64,000 nucleotides of DNA from Hemiscyllium ocellatum (lineage: Eukaryota), in assembly GCF_020745735.1 (NCBI RefSeq), contig NW_026867635.1, positions 445,947 to 509,946 of the forward strand. The letters are read 5' to 3'. How positions within the stretch are numbered: position 1 is the stretch's first letter; every line of letters begins with the position of its first letter. The notes beneath the pieces are model-generated. The model saw only the letters and a list, made by a program, of their open reading frames with translations. It did not search any database and was not told where the DNA came from. This document shows positions 62,794 through 64,000 of the stretch, piece by piece. Made by a program: the position numbers and the translations under genes.

Positions 62794-63917
62794 NNNNNNN
62801 NNNNNNNNNNNNNNNNNNNNNNNNNNNNNNNNNNNNNNNNNNNNNNNNNNNNNNNNNNNNNNNNNNNNNNNNNNNNNNNNNNNNNNNNNNNNNNNNNNNN
62901 NNNNNNNNNNNNNNNNNNNNNNNNNNNNNNNNNNNNNNNNNNNNNNNNNNNNNNNNNNNNNNNNNNNNNNNNNNNNNNNNNNNNNNNNNNNNNNNNNNNN
63001 NNNNNNNNNNNNNNNNNNNNNNNNNNNNNNNNNNNNNNNNNNNNNNNNNNNNNNNNNNNNNNNTCCGTCTACCTNNNNNNNNNNNNNNNNNNNNNNNNNN
63101 NNNNNNNNNNNNNNNNNNNNNNNNNNNNNNNNNNNNNNNNNNNNNNNNNNNNNNNNNNNNNNNNNNNNNNNNNNNNNNNNNNNNNNNNNNNNNNNNNNNN
63201 NNNNNNNNNNNNNNNNNNNNNNNNNNNNNNNNNNNNNNNNNNNNNNNNNNNNNNNNNNNNNNNNNNNNNNNNNNNNNNNNNNNNNNNNNNNNNNNNNNNN
63301 NNNNNNNNNNNNNNNNNNNNNNNNNNNNNNNNNNNNNNNNNNNNNNNNNNNNNNNNNNNNNNNNNNNNNNNNNNNNNNNNNNNNNNNNNNNNNNNNNNNN
63401 NNNNNNNNNNNNNNNNNNNNNNNNNNNNNNNNNNNNNNNNNNNNNNNNNNNNNNNNNNNNNNNNNNNNNNNNNNNNNNNNNNNNNNNNNNNNNNNNNNNN
63501 NNNNNNNNNNNNNNNNNNNNNNNNNNNNNNNNNNNNNNNNNNNNNNNNNNNNNNNNNNNNNNNNNNNNNNNNNNNNNNNNNNNNNNNNNNNNNNNNNNNN
63601 NNNNNNNNNNNNNNNNNNNNNNNNNNNNNNNNNNNNNNNNNNNNNNNNNNNNNNNNNNNNNNNNNNNNNNNNNNNNNNNNNNNNNNNNNNNNNNNNNNNN
63701 NNNNNNNNNNNNNNNNNNNNNNNNNNNNNNNNNNNNNNNNNNNNNNNNNNNNNNNNNNNNNNNNNNNNNNNNNNNNNNNNNNNNNNNNNNNNNNNNNNNN
63801 NNNNNNNNNNNNNNNNNNNNNNNNNNNNNNNNNNNNNNNNNNNNNNNNNNNNNNNNNNNNNNNNNNNNNNNNNNNNNNNNNNNNNNNNNNNNNNNNNNNN
63901 NNNNNNNNNNNNNNNNN
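62794..63917. other. Assembly gap (N run with a 10-base island at 63064-63073)
   Basis: Ns in sequence. Confidence 1.
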
Positions 63918-64000
63918 CTAACCACCAGACTCTCTAACTGTCTTTATATCTATTAATTTATCTCTTTATTCAGTTGAAACATTAAAATGAATAAGCGAGT

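Noticed and set aside
62516-63956. Long ORFs of 378-473 aa
   Set aside because: Artefacts of translation through Ns; only the integrase fragment before the gap is real
1-64000. CRISPR arrays, rRNA, bona fide tRNA genes
   Set aside because: None seen; tRNA-like boxes belong to SINE heads

Overview
Vertebrate genomic DNA, almost certainly a shark (inferred from the CR1, Penelope and tRNA-SINE repeat mix), with two assembly gaps. No intact protein-coding gene is visible. Most of the window is transposon-derived: CR1 LINEs including one near full-length copy, Penelope elements and short palindromic derivatives with hammerhead-ribozyme cores, SINEs, solo LTRs, a Gypsy integrase remnant, and a pol-less endogenous retrovirus with a Ser-tRNA-like PBS and gamma-type env. 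The main observation lies in the unique DNA between repeats. Manual + strand translation of almost every island from about 4 kb to 61 kb gives heavily decayed immunoglobulin-superfamily exons: leader/V exons, degenerate 12/23 RSS-flanked D- and J-like segments, C1-type constant exons (several phase 1-1), a secretory-tail-like stretch, and IgH-type and TCR-type TM exons. Together they suggest a very compact fossil supercluster of roughly 10 co-oriented antigen-receptor-like units (IgH-, TCR- and IgL-like). Individual exon calls are by-eye motif matches through stops and frameshifts and need HMM confirmation. Boundaries are approximate unless splice sites are quoted.
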